From assembly GCA_964016885.1 (NCBI GenBank), contig OZ024753.1, positions 19,406,001 to 19,470,000 on the forward strand: a stretch of DNA of 64,000 nt. The letters run 5' to 3'. This stretch comes from Eledone cirrhosa. Its lineage: Eukaryota. Position numbers and translations under genes: made by a program. The notes under the pieces were generated by a model. The model was not told the DNA's origin, did not search any database, and saw only the letters and a list, made by a program, of their open reading frames with translations. Positions 1 through 12,209 of the stretch are shown here, one piece after another (position 1 is the stretch's first letter; each line of letters starts with the position of its first letter).

Positions 1-475
1 TGTGTATGTGTGTGTGTGTGAGCGAGAGTGAGAGTATTCATGAGTGTATATGTATCTGGTTTAAACTAAATTTAATCAGATAAAGATACATGCAATATTT
101 CTAATTGAATATTTAAAACAAATAACATCGAATAACAAAATCAAAGCGACGTCTTTTAACTTTTCATGAAAAATCAATGGTAAAACTGGGTAATGTTTCT
201 TATGTGGTTCAACAGAATAAAACAAGTTAAATGGGGAAGAGTTTGTATAAAGATAATAACAGTGTGTCTCCTCAGAAACATACATTTCATATGCCTTTTA
301 TATACTCATTGAATGTATCAAGATAAGTATGGACATTAAATATATATATAATGTATATATGTGTATATAGAGAGAAAATTGAGGTTGGTAATGGCACATG
401 GAATATATAAGAGACAGAATACTTTTTTGTGAAAAAACATATAATTGTATAAGGTTAGGAAAGAATAAAGGGTAT

Positions 476-926
<451 letters not shown>

Positions 927-1604
927 GTTTGTAAATGACTGCAATAAATGAGATATGTCTTAACATTATAGGTGACCTTGTAGAATACTTCCTCGGATAA
1001 TAGATCTTTTGTATATCCTACATAATAATTATTGGAGATAGAAACATCACTGTAAGTACCCAATCAGGATTCTAAATTGCAGAGTCGTTTTGTGAGCCAA
1101 TAGAGGAATGTGAATATAAAAGCAAAATTAAATTAAAATGTCGGTTGTGTGTATGAAAAAAATGACAAATAGTTTGAAACTAAGAAGACAGTTAATGGGG
1201 GAAGATGTTTTAGAAATGATATAATACGAGCAGCAGATTTACGCTGTCTTTTTAAGTATACTGAAATTGCTTATACTGTATAAAGGCTGCGTCTTGTAAC
1301 TGTGGCATTTTGGCAGTTTGTTAATAGTAACAAGTAATCTATCAATTCACAAAAAAACATATGTACATTATTACATATACTTTGGAAAGTAAGAATACAC
1401 CTGTATTCTAACAAAAAACACACTAACACACAGAGATAAGCCCACACTTATAGACATTAATATAGCCACCCTTACACCTTAATGTTCTGCCTCAGGGAGA
1501 AAACATGCTAAAATAAATAAATTAATAAATAAGTAAAATTATTTCAATAGTGTTTTAATTTACAGGAATTTAAATAAATTTCCTCGGAATGTTCAGTCAT
1601 GAGC

Positions 1605-1800
1605 TGGTATTTGGCAGTACCGTAGAGGGTCGGACGTCATGCTTTGACACATAGAGTTACGGCCCTTGCTATTCTGAGTTCAAATCCCGCCGAGGTTAAC
1701 TTTGCCTTTCAACATTAAGGGGTCGATAAAATAAAGTACCAGTAATACACTGGGGACGATTTAATCGATCCCCCAAAAAAAATTACTGGCCTTGAGCCTG
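1605..1800 (+). mobile_element. tRNA-derived SINE with Deu/Nin-like central domain (family 1)
   Basis: B-box GAGTTCAAATCCC, then GCCTTTC...GGGGTCGATAAAATAAAGTACCAGT core and CTGGCCTTG 3' part; at least 10 homologous copies in the window. Confidence 0.85.
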
Positions 1801-1814
1801 TACAAAATTGTAGG

Positions 1815-2008
1815 CTGGTGACTTGGCAATAGAATAGTAGAGCATCGGACAATAGGGTTACAACCCGTTACGTTATGAGTTCAAATGCCAACGAGGTTAT
1901 ATTTGCGTTTCATCATTACGGGATCGATAGAATAAAGTACCAGTTATGTACTGGGGTCGATTTATTCGAATTTCCTCCTCCTCCAAAAATGTGCTGGCCT
2001 TGCGCTTG
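1815..2008 (+). mobile_element. SINE family 1, diverged tandem copy
   Basis: GAGTTCAAATGCC...TTTCATCATTACGGGATCGATAGAATAAAGTACCAGT, homologous to the preceding copy. Confidence 0.8.
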
Positions 2009-2811
2009 CTTTTATCTTGTTTTAATAACGTGTTAGTCGAGCTACTCTCTGGCCGTCTCTTGGGATAACTCTCGTATTTACTAATGTTTTCCGAACAGAA
2101 GGATTACATTCCATTGTCGACACAAATGATATTCTCGTGTCCATTAATTAGTTGAGGATCATGTGATGCTGCATGCCAGTTCCTCTTGAACTAGAGTTTA
2201 TATAAATACCTTAAAATAGGAACTGGTATCACGATCAATATGCAGTCGATCGCAACCGTATTTACTGTTTGACCCCCTCCCCATATCCCTCTCTATATTT
2301 ATTTACTTCTTTCCTTCCCTCCTTTCTTTAAGTTTCCTTTTCCTCTCCTTTTATTTCCATGGTAATTTAGGCATATTTAAAAATCTGAAATTAACACTTA
2401 ACTAATTACTTCTGGTATTGACCCATGGGACAAACATCTATTGGAAATATGGAGATTTCAATCTCACATATATTGCAAAACTTCAGACCATACAACAAAT
2501 AGAAACGTTGCTTTATGCAGCACCAATCAACATGATATTCATATCTATTCCTCCTTTATATCTGAGGAAAATCACATCGCATTGAAACAACTATTTGATC
2601 TTATTAATGTGTATGCTGATATTACACATCAGCGACATATAGTTGTATCCTGATGCTATCAAAAGACGTGTTTAATGCCATCCATCCATTTGCATGTTGA
2701 CCCATTGTTGCATACCTAACGATAATTTCCATTTCGAAATATCACAGGTTACAACATTACAGCTTAATAGATAGTTATACATGGTGTACTTATGTAATAA
2801 TTTAACTCGGT

Positions 2812-3160
2812 GTCTGCAGATCTCTCACTGACATGTGAAAGCTTATTTGAATATTTACCAGGTGTTCTCTAGATCTCTCACTAACGTGTGAAAGTTTATG
2901 GCAATATTAACCAGATTTTCGGCAGCTCTCTCACTTACGTGTGAAAGCTTATGTTAATATTTACCAGGGGTTCTCTAGATCTCTCACTGACGTGTGAAAG
3001 CTTATGTCAATATTTACCAGGTTTTCGGCAGCTCTCGCACTTACGTGTGAAAGCTTATGTTAATATTTACCAGGGTTGCTGAAGGTCTATCTCTGACATG
3101 TGAAAGCTGATGGTAATATTTTCGTTAGGTCTCTCACTGACGTGTGAAAGTGAAGCTTGT
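2812..3160. repeat. Minisatellite, about 52-53 bp unit, about 6-7 copies
   Basis: Recurrent CTCTCACTGACGTGTGAAAGCTTATG...AATATTTACCAGG, with alternating TTCTCTAGAT / TTTTCGGCAG variants. Confidence 0.9.
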
Positions 3161-3210
3161 AATATTCTTGTATTTTAGTCATGTTGGTGATATTTTGATG
3201 AGAGCATACT

Positions 3211-3540
3211 AACATCGTACTAACTAACAACACATTTCAGCTAAATACTAACGAGGTCATTCCTCAGCTCACCAATAGTTTCGATGAAACGCATCTTCCC
3301 ATATAACTGTTTCTACTTTAGGCACAAGGCCAGCAATTATCCCAGTGCATTACTGGTACTTTATTTTATCGACCCCGTAAGGATGATAACATAAAGTACC
3401 AGTAATGCACTGGGATAATTGCTGGCCTTGTGCCTAAAGTAGAAACAGTTATATGGGAAGATGCGTTCCATCGAAACTATTGGTGAGCTGACGAATGACC
3501 TCGTGAATATTTAGCTGAAATGTGTTGTTAGTACGATGTT
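3211..3540. repeat. Palindrome (about 150 bp arms, 26 bp spacer) with a SINE 3' half at its centre
   Basis: 3211-3364 is the reverse complement of 3391-3540; the inner part matches the SINE family 1 3' end. Confidence 0.92.
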
Positions 3541-3649
3541 AAACGCCACTCAAACATATCTTGGAGTATAATGGGACAGAGTGTTGACAGATGTTGGTGT
3601 ATAATAGGTCCCTTATAATTTGCATTCAATATATACATATAGAGAGAGT

Positions 3650-3782
3650 TCCAGAAATAGCCGTCGAAACGGCTTGAGCTCTTCCATCGTGGTCATACTT
3701 TCTCCTATTACCCACTCTACTACCCTAAGTATTGAGTACTCTGGTGCGTTATGGTCCATCTGGTTCCTTACCACATCTCCTT

Positions 3783-3787
<5 letters not shown>
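3650..3787 (+). mobile_element. Short dispersed element (GAAACGGCTTGAGCTC family), probable PLE 3' end, ending in (TA)n
   Basis: Homologous to 14745-14880, 25727-25862 (minus) and 59063-59200; starts with a hammerhead-like 3' half. Confidence 0.7.
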
Positions 3788-3858
<71 letters not shown>

Positions 3859-3898
3859 AGGAGGTTATAGTTCACTTGAAGCATTGTGTAATGAGGTC

Positions 3899-4273
3899 TA
3901 AACGTTTGAATATGTGTAATAAGGCCAAAACAATGCAGGTATGGACATAGGAAAAAGAATGCAATAGTAAAAGAATTCGTCTTTCACCTTGAATTTATTT
4001 AAATGTCCTTAATTTTCGAGATAATATCTCTTCTTCGGAGGGAAATAAAGGTCTCAAACCAGCGTCTTAAATCTCTAGCCAAATCTCTGGCTTGGCTAGA
4101 GATTTAAGACGCTGGTTTGAGACCTTTATTTCCCTCCGAAGAAGAGATATTATCTCGAAAATTAAGGACATTTAAATAAATTCAAGGTGAAAGACGAATT
4201 CTTTTACTATTGCATTCTTTTTTCTATGTCCATACCTGCATTGTTTTGGCCTTATTACACATATTCAAACGTT

Positions 4274-4275
<2 letters not shown>
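3899..4275. mobile_element. Near-perfect palindromic element (about 184 bp arms) between (TA)n tracts, with a mutated hammerhead core (CCGAAGA) on each arm
   Basis: 3899-4082 is the reverse complement of 4092-4275 with about one mismatch; same family as 46058-46617. Confidence 0.9.
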
Positions 4276-4308
<33 letters not shown>

Positions 4309-4435
4309 ATATATGGAATAGAATTATATATATATGTATGTATACATATGGAATATGTATGTATATATATGAATTACTTAAATGCTTACAAACAAACACA
4401 CCGAGCATTATAATAAATGTTCGGTAAACCGATAC

Positions 4436-4494
<59 letters not shown>

Positions 4495-4749
4495 CATGTA
4501 GTATATATATATACAAACTACTGAGCGTCTGTATACATATGTGTATGTACGTATACATACACACTTAAATTTAAGTAAGTGCCGTAATAAGAGTGAGAAA
4601 TGAAATTTCGTTTCATTCTATTCGATTTATCGTTTTCGGTGTGCCCGGCCGACTGAACTCACTCGATATGCAAATTAGGCTGCTCAGCCGTTAATATGCA
4701 TAAGAAAGTATATACTTTCAGACGTTCAACCATCTGGCAGGAAGGTATA

Positions 4750-4790
4750 CGATGCTGACGATAGCTAATAAGCTTGACACTAGTACATCG
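4750..4790 (+). ncRNA. Minimal type-I hammerhead ribozyme with one core substitution (GACAC for GAAAC)
   Basis: CGAUG-CUGACGA-U-AGCU(AAUA)AGCU-U-GACAC-UA-GUA-CAUCG: perfect 5-bp stem I, 4-bp stem II, palindromic ACUAGU stem III. Confidence 0.7.
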
Positions 4791-5008
4791 TTCCTGTGTC
4801 AGTGTTGAACAAAAAGGTGACGTGATTGCCTAAACACTGTACGGCGTAATTCGGGCTGTTTGTTTGTTTACAAACAAACAAACCGAGCATTATAATAAAT
4901 GTTCGGTAAACCGATACGTGCATATATATATGTGTGCATGTATGTATATATATACATACTACTGTACGTCTGTATATATATGTGTATGTACGTATACATA
5001 CATACATA

Positions 5009-5049
<41 letters not shown>

Positions 5050-5371
5050 TCATTTTAATTGAAATATTGGGAAGTTATACAAATGCAATTTCTTCCTAAC
5101 ATTATAAAGAAATTGTTTGAATATTGTATAAGTATTTTAGTAATTAAAAGAAATGTGATAGTTATAAGGAAAGAAATAACTCTACTGACAATATGTTTTA
5201 TATGATCAGACAATTATAAATGATGTAGTCGCATTTCTGAAGCTACAATTTACTAGAACGTTAACACGTTTATGTAAATGTCAAAATGAAGGGACCTGTT
5301 ATTTTTATCTAAAGACATTTTTTCCAATTCCAACCGGCCCGTCCCTTTAATATATCTTATTTCTCATTCTT

Positions 5372-5407
5372 TCTTCTGATGAAGGACTAACGTCGGAAAC
5401 GTTAAGA
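5372..5407 (+). ncRNA. Minimal type-I hammerhead-like motif
   Basis: UCUU-CUGAUGA-AG-GAC(UAAC)GUC-G-GAAAC-GUU-AAGA; degenerate homologue near 48382-48417 in the same dispersed repeat. Confidence 0.65.
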
Positions 5408-5617
5408 CACTCTTCCTGCTATATCAAGCGTTAACCTAATATATCCCTTCTATATACTGTACCGATTGTGTTGTTATTTCTGTTTACCTTTTACATATAT
5501 ATATATATATATAGAAAGAGAGAGAGAGAGGGGGAGGGGGAGAGAGAGAGAACACTGGAAGGTAATATCCGTACTGGTAGAGCACTCAGTCCATGGGACG
5601 AGTTTGGAAGAAAGAGT

Positions 5618-5750
5618 AACACAACAGTTAGTTCAGCATACCGAGTAAAATTGTTTCACCTTAACCGGATCTTCAGCTCGAATCGAGCTGAATATCCGCA
5701 TAAGGTGAAACAATTGTTCTCGGTATGGTGAACTAACTGTTGTGTTACTA
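5618..5750. mobile_element. Palindrome with back-to-back degenerate hammerheads (5641-5680 minus, 5684-5723 plus)
   Basis: Arms are reverse-complementary around a 3-nt centre (5681-5683); both arms are homologous to the hammerhead at 46871-46910. Confidence 0.8.
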
Positions 5751-5758
5751 CTTTTATA

Positions 5759-5828
<70 letters not shown>

Positions 5829-5831
<3 letters not shown>

Positions 5832-6058
5832 GGTGTTTCAAAAAATGTAATATCATTTGAGATTTTAATATCATTTGAGATGTAAATATCCTAGAAAGTA
5901 CAAGGTCTAGGACAACGAGACTAAGTAGGCTACATGTTGAGTAACATAAGATTTATTCCTCAAAACGTGTCCACGTTATAACATTAATTCACAATATATA
6001 TTTCAATGTGACAACCTAGGGAACAGGCCATTGATACCAAATGTTTGGAAACACCCTG
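5829..6058. mobile_element. Tc1/mariner-type MITE (230 bp)
   Basis: Terminal inverted repeats CAGGGTGTTTC / GAAACACCCTG flanked by TA on both sides. Confidence 0.8.
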
Positions 6059-6134
6059 TATATAAGAAATCGAAGCATTCTTGCCTTTACCATGCTATTG
6101 AAACAGCATTAATATGAACTGTTGGTACACTTAT

Positions 6135-6222
6135 TGCCTTTCATCCTTACGGGGTCGATAAAATAAAGCACCAGTAATGTACTGGGTAATTGCTGGCCTT
6201 GTGCAAAAAGTAGAAACAATTA
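6135..6222 (+). mobile_element. SINE family 1, 3' half
   Basis: GCCTTTCATCCTTACGGGGTCGATAAAATAAAG...GTAGAAAC. Confidence 0.8.
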
Positions 6223-6409
6223 ATATGAACTGATATTCAGTAAACAAGCTGAGGAGCAGCTTAAACGATTCGAGATGCTAAATTGCACAACACCGAAACC
6301 AGATCAAACCCTCTAATATGACCTTTAACCAGGTTGTTTGGCACAGCTGAAAATAATAATTGATTTAAGCACAAGCCCAATAATTAATGGGGAGGGAAAA
6401 CTCGATTAT

Positions 6410-6616
6410 AACGTCGTGGGTTCGATTGCCTGACAGGGTTATGTGCTGTCTCCTTGAGAAAAACACATCGTTTTATGTTGCTGCAGTATAGTAGCTAAAT
6501 ATGAGTGCCAACATTAGGCGGGAGTATAGCTCTGCGATGGACTAGCATCCTGTCCATGGGGGATGTCGTGCACACTCCGTCGATTCATTCCACGGACGCA
6601 CCGGGTTGGTAAGCCT
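6410..6616 (+). mobile_element. Second tRNA-derived SINE family, diverged
   Basis: B-box GGGTTCGATTGCC, then CCTTGAG and CTGCGATGGACTAGCATCCTGTCC motifs; related head at 49795-49900. Confidence 0.6.
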
Positions 6617-8753
6617 CATTGCTTAATATATATTCTTGTACATATACAAGATGGAAATGCTTGACATGGAAATGTAGAAAAGGTAGTTTGCAGTCTTTAA
6701 AGAAAGATAAACAGAATATCTTCAGTATAGACAAACCTGAGGCATTATTGGAAGAGCAATATAAGTATTCGATAATTGTTTGTCCCGTCGAGGCAAGCTA
6801 ATATTTATATTTGTCGATGTGAAATATAATTATTTGATTGTGCATATCGAAATATCATCCATGTTAGTTCCGAATGTATTCAGTATTTCGATGTTGTTCT
6901 ATCAATTCAAACCTTGGTAGATGTTTCAATGTATTGAATCAGACATCAATATAATAATTCATGAAGATTGACAAATACTTCGTAGGTATTTTTTAGAAAT
7001 AATATTTTAGAAATACCAGATTACACTCGATGCAGATAAATTGTTATCTTCGTTCATATTTTATTTAATATATACCCTGCCACACGTCTTTCATCCATTA
7101 AAGGTCGATAAAAATGAATCAGTCAAGTACTGGGTTCGATTGTTCCTCTATATCTTTTCCTTACTTTCATTCTCTCACTTCCTATCCATCTCTTGATAAC
7201 ACCTACTGTATTCAGATCTGGAGATGAGATGGGCTCCACTAAGTTTCAAAAAATAGGCCCTAGAAACGCCGTATTTCAATATGGTGGCGCTATGACCCTG
7301 CCAGGCGTTACAGGTACATAGATACATACATTTACATATTTCATCAGTGCAATCTGGGTTGCTCAATTGATCTTTGAACAGATACACGAAGATCAATGAG
7401 GATGTACAAAAAATGACTTGCAAAGCTTTAATAGCAAATGTGTAAAGGATACTATCAGAATATCAGTAATGGAAGCATGCATACATGCATGACTTGGCAC
7501 ATTATCTTCTTCAGAATATAATATTATTTTTTTGTTTAACCAAATGGTTCAGCTTTCGTGGAGAAAAATGTCGACTAAAATGTCATTTAACTAAACGAAC
7601 GACCAGGTTGAAATCAGATAACGTAATTCATAGTGTCACTTCATTTCTGAAACGATTGAACGCCACAACTTATCCTTCTGCGTACCATTATTAAAAGGGA
7701 TTAGTTCGTATCCAAAAGAAGGAGATGATTGTTATGCAACACGAATAGAAAATGGAAAAACGAAATCTTTAATTTCCTGACATAACAAATAGCTATTTCG
7801 ATCTTTTATTCCTAATGCAATGTGACATTACATTCAAAAACTTTACACCTACAAGCAATCCTCTCTTCAGGAACCATCTTACCTAAGAATATAATTAAAG
7901 AATTGTGTTAAAAAATATGGTGAATTAAATATCCTTACGTATTCTTGCAGGAAATACTGGCTCCTCAATTTAAAAGGATCTATACTTTAAGAGAAAATTA
8001 AAAGATATTCATTCAACCGCGATTAATTCAGTTATAATTCGTTCTCTTAATTATATTTAATTAAGTTCTGAATTACAAGCAGTTTCATTAATCAAAAAAG
8101 ATCGTGTATATATATATATATATGTACCAATTGTCTTGTTATTATTTCTGTTTACCTTTTATATATATATATATCACATACATACATATATGTATCAATA
8201 TGTGTATATATATATATATGGTGGCTGCCAACTCGCTTTCGAGTACGGCCACTACTTTATATCCATGTATCCTACATCTCATACACTGTAGTTACTCAGA
8301 CCTTTGAAAATTCGAAATTCTAGAGCTTCATATATATATACATGTATTAATTAAACATACAGTATATTATGAAATATAATTTACACATATTAATGTACAC
8401 ATCGCTATTTGAGAGCAGCAATACTAATAAATAATTGTTGCTGAACTGGCAACCACTCTGTTTAATCAGCTCTTATACATTACTGGAGTTCTATAAGAAT
8501 CCAGCTTCTATAATTCTCGCAGAAGCGAAGGATTAAATAGTCTTGATAATCACTAAAGTGCGAGAAGCAGGACTATCGATTAGTCCCCTTTGTTTTTCGT
8601 CGTGAATAAGTAAGTGACATAGTCACAACTTTAAAATTCATAGCGAATGGTCTTCAAAATGTTTTTAATTAAAGATAGGGTACATTATCAAATATACTAT
8701 ACATATATTCATATATACATCGTTATTTCAGAGCACCAATACTAATATATATA

Positions 8754-8803
<50 letters not shown>

Positions 8804-8887
8804 AAAGTTTTATTTAAAATTGTTGGGATACAAAAAGTAAATATTTTATAACTGATATAAAGCACTCGACAAGTTTTTGGAGTAGAT

Positions 8888-9131
8888 ATACGATATTAAA
8901 TAAATGGGAACTATATTTATAAAACCATATTTATTTCATTATACATATTTCAGTGATACCAAATTAAAATATGGCATGCCTTCGTCAGATATATTACAAT
9001 ATATAAAACTGTTTATATATTGTATTTTATCTGACGAAGGCATGCCATATTTTAATTTGGTATCCCTGAAATATGTATAATGAAATAAATATGGTTTTAT
9101 AAATATAGTTTCCATTTATTTAATATCGTAT
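8888..9131. mobile_element. Palindrome (about 100 bp arms) with a hammerhead-like core on each arm (about 8938-8992 minus, 9026-9082 plus)
   Basis: CUGACGA-AGG-C-AUGCCA-loop-UGGUAU-C-CCU-GAAA-UAUGUA; stem I weak; homologue at 47370-47428. Confidence 0.7.
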
Positions 9132-9152
9132 ATATATATATATATATATATA

Positions 9153-10020
9153 TTTCGTTTCTGAATTTGCTAAGCAAGATTCTTTATCTGAAAACTTGTG
9201 TTGAAACCGATATTGTTATACTTTGGGAGGGTCATGTTGCCAATGAGAAACACACGCACCAGATGTTTCACTTCAATTTATTATAATACATTTATAAATT
9301 TAGGAATTTATAAATTTCCGATTGGGTGGTTGGTTCCACAATCAGATAGTTGTTTATATATTGTCAAAGTTCTTTCGTCACAGATTATGTGACCTCTTCA
9401 GTGACTGAGGATTCTTTTCTTTGTTTTTGTGCCTCTCCTTTGTTCTGTCCTACGCCATTTTGTTTCTGTGTGTGTGTTGTGTGCTCAGTCTGCGTATGCG
9501 CCACATCCGGGTGTCTCTGTGTGTTTATAATCGTTTATTTATTTGTTTATTTACATGTTACGGGTTGGTTGTTTGTTCTATGTGCGTGTTTGTTTTCATG
9601 TTGTCCTTAATTGTAAGTTGTGATGTTGCTGTTCCACTCATGTTTTCTATTTAATTTTGGTTGTAATACTTTTATGTTTATTACCTCTGTAATTTGTCTA
9701 AACATTGCGTCTTTTCTGTGTGTAGATTCTATTTTTATTTCTATGTTCTCTAATTTACCCTTATGTTCTATTTTAGCATGTTTGTAGAGTACAGATGATT
9801 CTTTACTATCTTGAAGGTCTCGCCAGTGTTCAGTTATCCGTTCCCCTACACTACGAGCTGTCTCACTTATGTACACTATATGTTTCTCTCTACATTGTCC
9901 TTCAGTACATATTATGCTATATAATACATTTCTAGTTTTACAGTTAATATGGGGGCTTAACTTACAGGTTATACATTTCTTATCTATACACGGGGGTCTT
10001 TGAAATGGTATGTCTTGCTA
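9153..10020 (-). mobile_element. Penelope-like element 3' fragment (GIY-YIG remnant plus 3' UTR/pLTR)
   Basis: ORF 9607-9876 YISETARSVGERITEHW...RQITE...QPKLNRK, upstream NVVYS motif; nearly identical to 17658-18275. Confidence 0.88.
9363..9405 (-). ncRNA. Minimal type-I hammerhead ribozyme in PLE 3' UTR
   Basis: GUCA-CUGAAGA-G-GUCACA(UAAUC)UGUGAC-GAAAG-AA-CUU-UGAC. Confidence 0.8.
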
Positions 10021-10039
10021 TTAGCAACACATTAGCAAC

Positions 10040-11990
10040 ACATCCTAAAGCCAAGCAGACGTTGTGCCAACAACTTCCAGGCGTCTAACAATGGCATACC
10101 ACCCTGGTATGGGCTCCGCAAAGACCACAAGACAGTCGACGACCCGACAACAGGACCACCAACAAGACCCGTATGCGGAGCTAATATAGCTAGCAACTAC
10201 AGGATATCCTACTTCCTCTCAATGGTTATACGCCCCATAATGAAGATGTCCCCAGATGTATGTGACAGTACAGAGGAACTCCTCAGCAGAATGAGTGAGT
10301 GCAACAAAAACAGGAACCTATCCAACTGCATAATAGGCAGCATGGATGTTGTATCACTGTACCCTTCCATTAACATTGATTTTGATGTGGAAAAATGTGT
10401 GGAGATGATCATTGAGAGTGAGGTGGAGTTCTGCGACGTCGACACAGACGAACTGGGCCTCCTAATTAGACTTACCTACGACACTGACTACCTAGACAGC
10501 CATGACCTTAGACATTTCTGCCCTAGTAGACCCATAAGAGGTAGACCACCCACCATAACCTCAATGGCAGAAAAGACTCCCATAGGAAGGTGGATTGGGT
10601 GGACCAAAGCTATACGAACCCTCCAAAACAATGATCAGGGAAGAAAAATGGTCGCACATGCAATAGGGGCTAGTATCAAAACTACCCTAAAGGGTCACAT
10701 ATTCAAGTTCAACGAGAAGCTCTACACCCAAAGTGAGGGAGCAGCCATTAACGTCAGCATAGCTGGTGATTTTGCCAACCTTTTCATGGTATGGTGGGAA
10801 AGGACACTTAAAGATCTCCTTAATGAGAGCTCCATGGACATCATCATGTTCTCTCGTTACGTAGACGATATCAATATAGTTATAAGAACATCCTCACTAG
10901 AGAGCACTAACAAGTTTGATTTAGAACGTAGCACAATAGAAAGCATCCAACAGATAGCTAATTCCATACACCAGAGTATAACTGTAACTATTGACTTCCC
11001 TTCCAAACACCCTAACAATAGACTACCTGTATTAGACACGGAACTCTGAATTAAGACTATAGAAGAGAGAGCCCAAATTCTCCACTCACACTATGCTAAA
11101 CCCATGGCCTCCAAATACCTGATACTCAAAAACTCAGCAATGTCCAGTAGTGCTAAGTTTGATATTCTGATCGCAGATTTGGTACGAGTGATGAAGAATG
11201 TGTCCCGCATGTGCGACCCAACAGAAATGGAAAGACACATCCAACACTTCATCAACCGCATGCAGTTCTCTGGCTACAACCAAAGAGACATAGTTAGAGT
11301 ATACGAAGGAGCCATGGAGAAGTATAAGACCCTCATAGAACTGGACATGAAAGGAATTTGCCCATTATACAGGAGCAAGTCATGGAATAGCTTAGATAGG
11401 GCTAGACATAAGATAGGGAAAGCCACCTCATGGTACGATAACCAGAGATACCAGAGTGGCATCTTTGTGGACGCTAACCCTGGAAGGAAATTAGCTAACC
11501 AGTTTAGAAAGGCCCTGAGAAAGACCCACTTAAAGATTAAGGTGGTAGAAAAGCCAGAAACCACCATAAAATCCCTGATCAGCAAAACCTAGCCTTTTAA
11601 GAAAATCCACTGTACTAATAGGAAATGTATCATATGTAAGGTAAACACCCGGATAAACTGTAAAACTAGAAACGTAGTCTATAGCATAAGATGTACAGAG
11701 GGTACTTGCAGAAACATGACATCAACATACATAGGCAGACAGCTCGTAGCATAGGTGAAAGGATAGACCAACACTGGGGGGAACTAAAAGGGCGAAAAAA
11801 CGGGTCAGTACTATACGAACATGCCAGACAAAAACACGACGGTAACATAGACAACATAGAAATTAGAATAATATCTAAACATAGAAATGACCCAGCAGAT
11901 AGGCAAATCAGAGAGGGCAGTGAAATAGAACTTAGAAGGCCAAGACTAAACAGAAAGAATGAATGGAATAACAACAGCACCCAAACAAAC
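10040..11990 (+). mobile_element. Penelope-like retroelement, 5'-truncated, RT plus GIY-YIG endonuclease pseudogene
   Basis: YGLRKDHK...PTRPV, SMDVVSLYPSI, YTQSEG, RYVDD, LPVLD RT motifs; Cys-rich linker, NVVYSIRC...YIG, R...H and E...LN of GIY-YIG; stops at 11047 and 11590, frameshift near 11735. Confidence 0.95.
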
Positions 11991-12209
11991 AACACTGACC
12001 TAAGAGAAGTATGTTGTTGGCAATGCATACAGATCTGCGTATGTCTGCACATATTCACCAATTCTCACATAGGCACTCATATATATCGCCATACCTACAG
12101 AACCCTGCCGTTGACTTATACACATTTACATATCATTCTAAATATATATATGGAAACATATATACGCTTACACTTAAAGACGCACCGGTCCATACATGTA
12201 AACATGATG

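Noticed and set aside
2555-2595. CUGAGGA...GAAAC as a hammerhead
   Set aside because: Stem II is weak, there is no stem I or III, and there is no second copy.
2812-3160. 52-bp array as CRISPR-like
   Set aside because: The variable parts are homologous to each other, so they are not unique spacers.
7175-7423. Relatively GC-rich open frames on both strands
   Set aside because: No recognisable domain; short enough to be chance.
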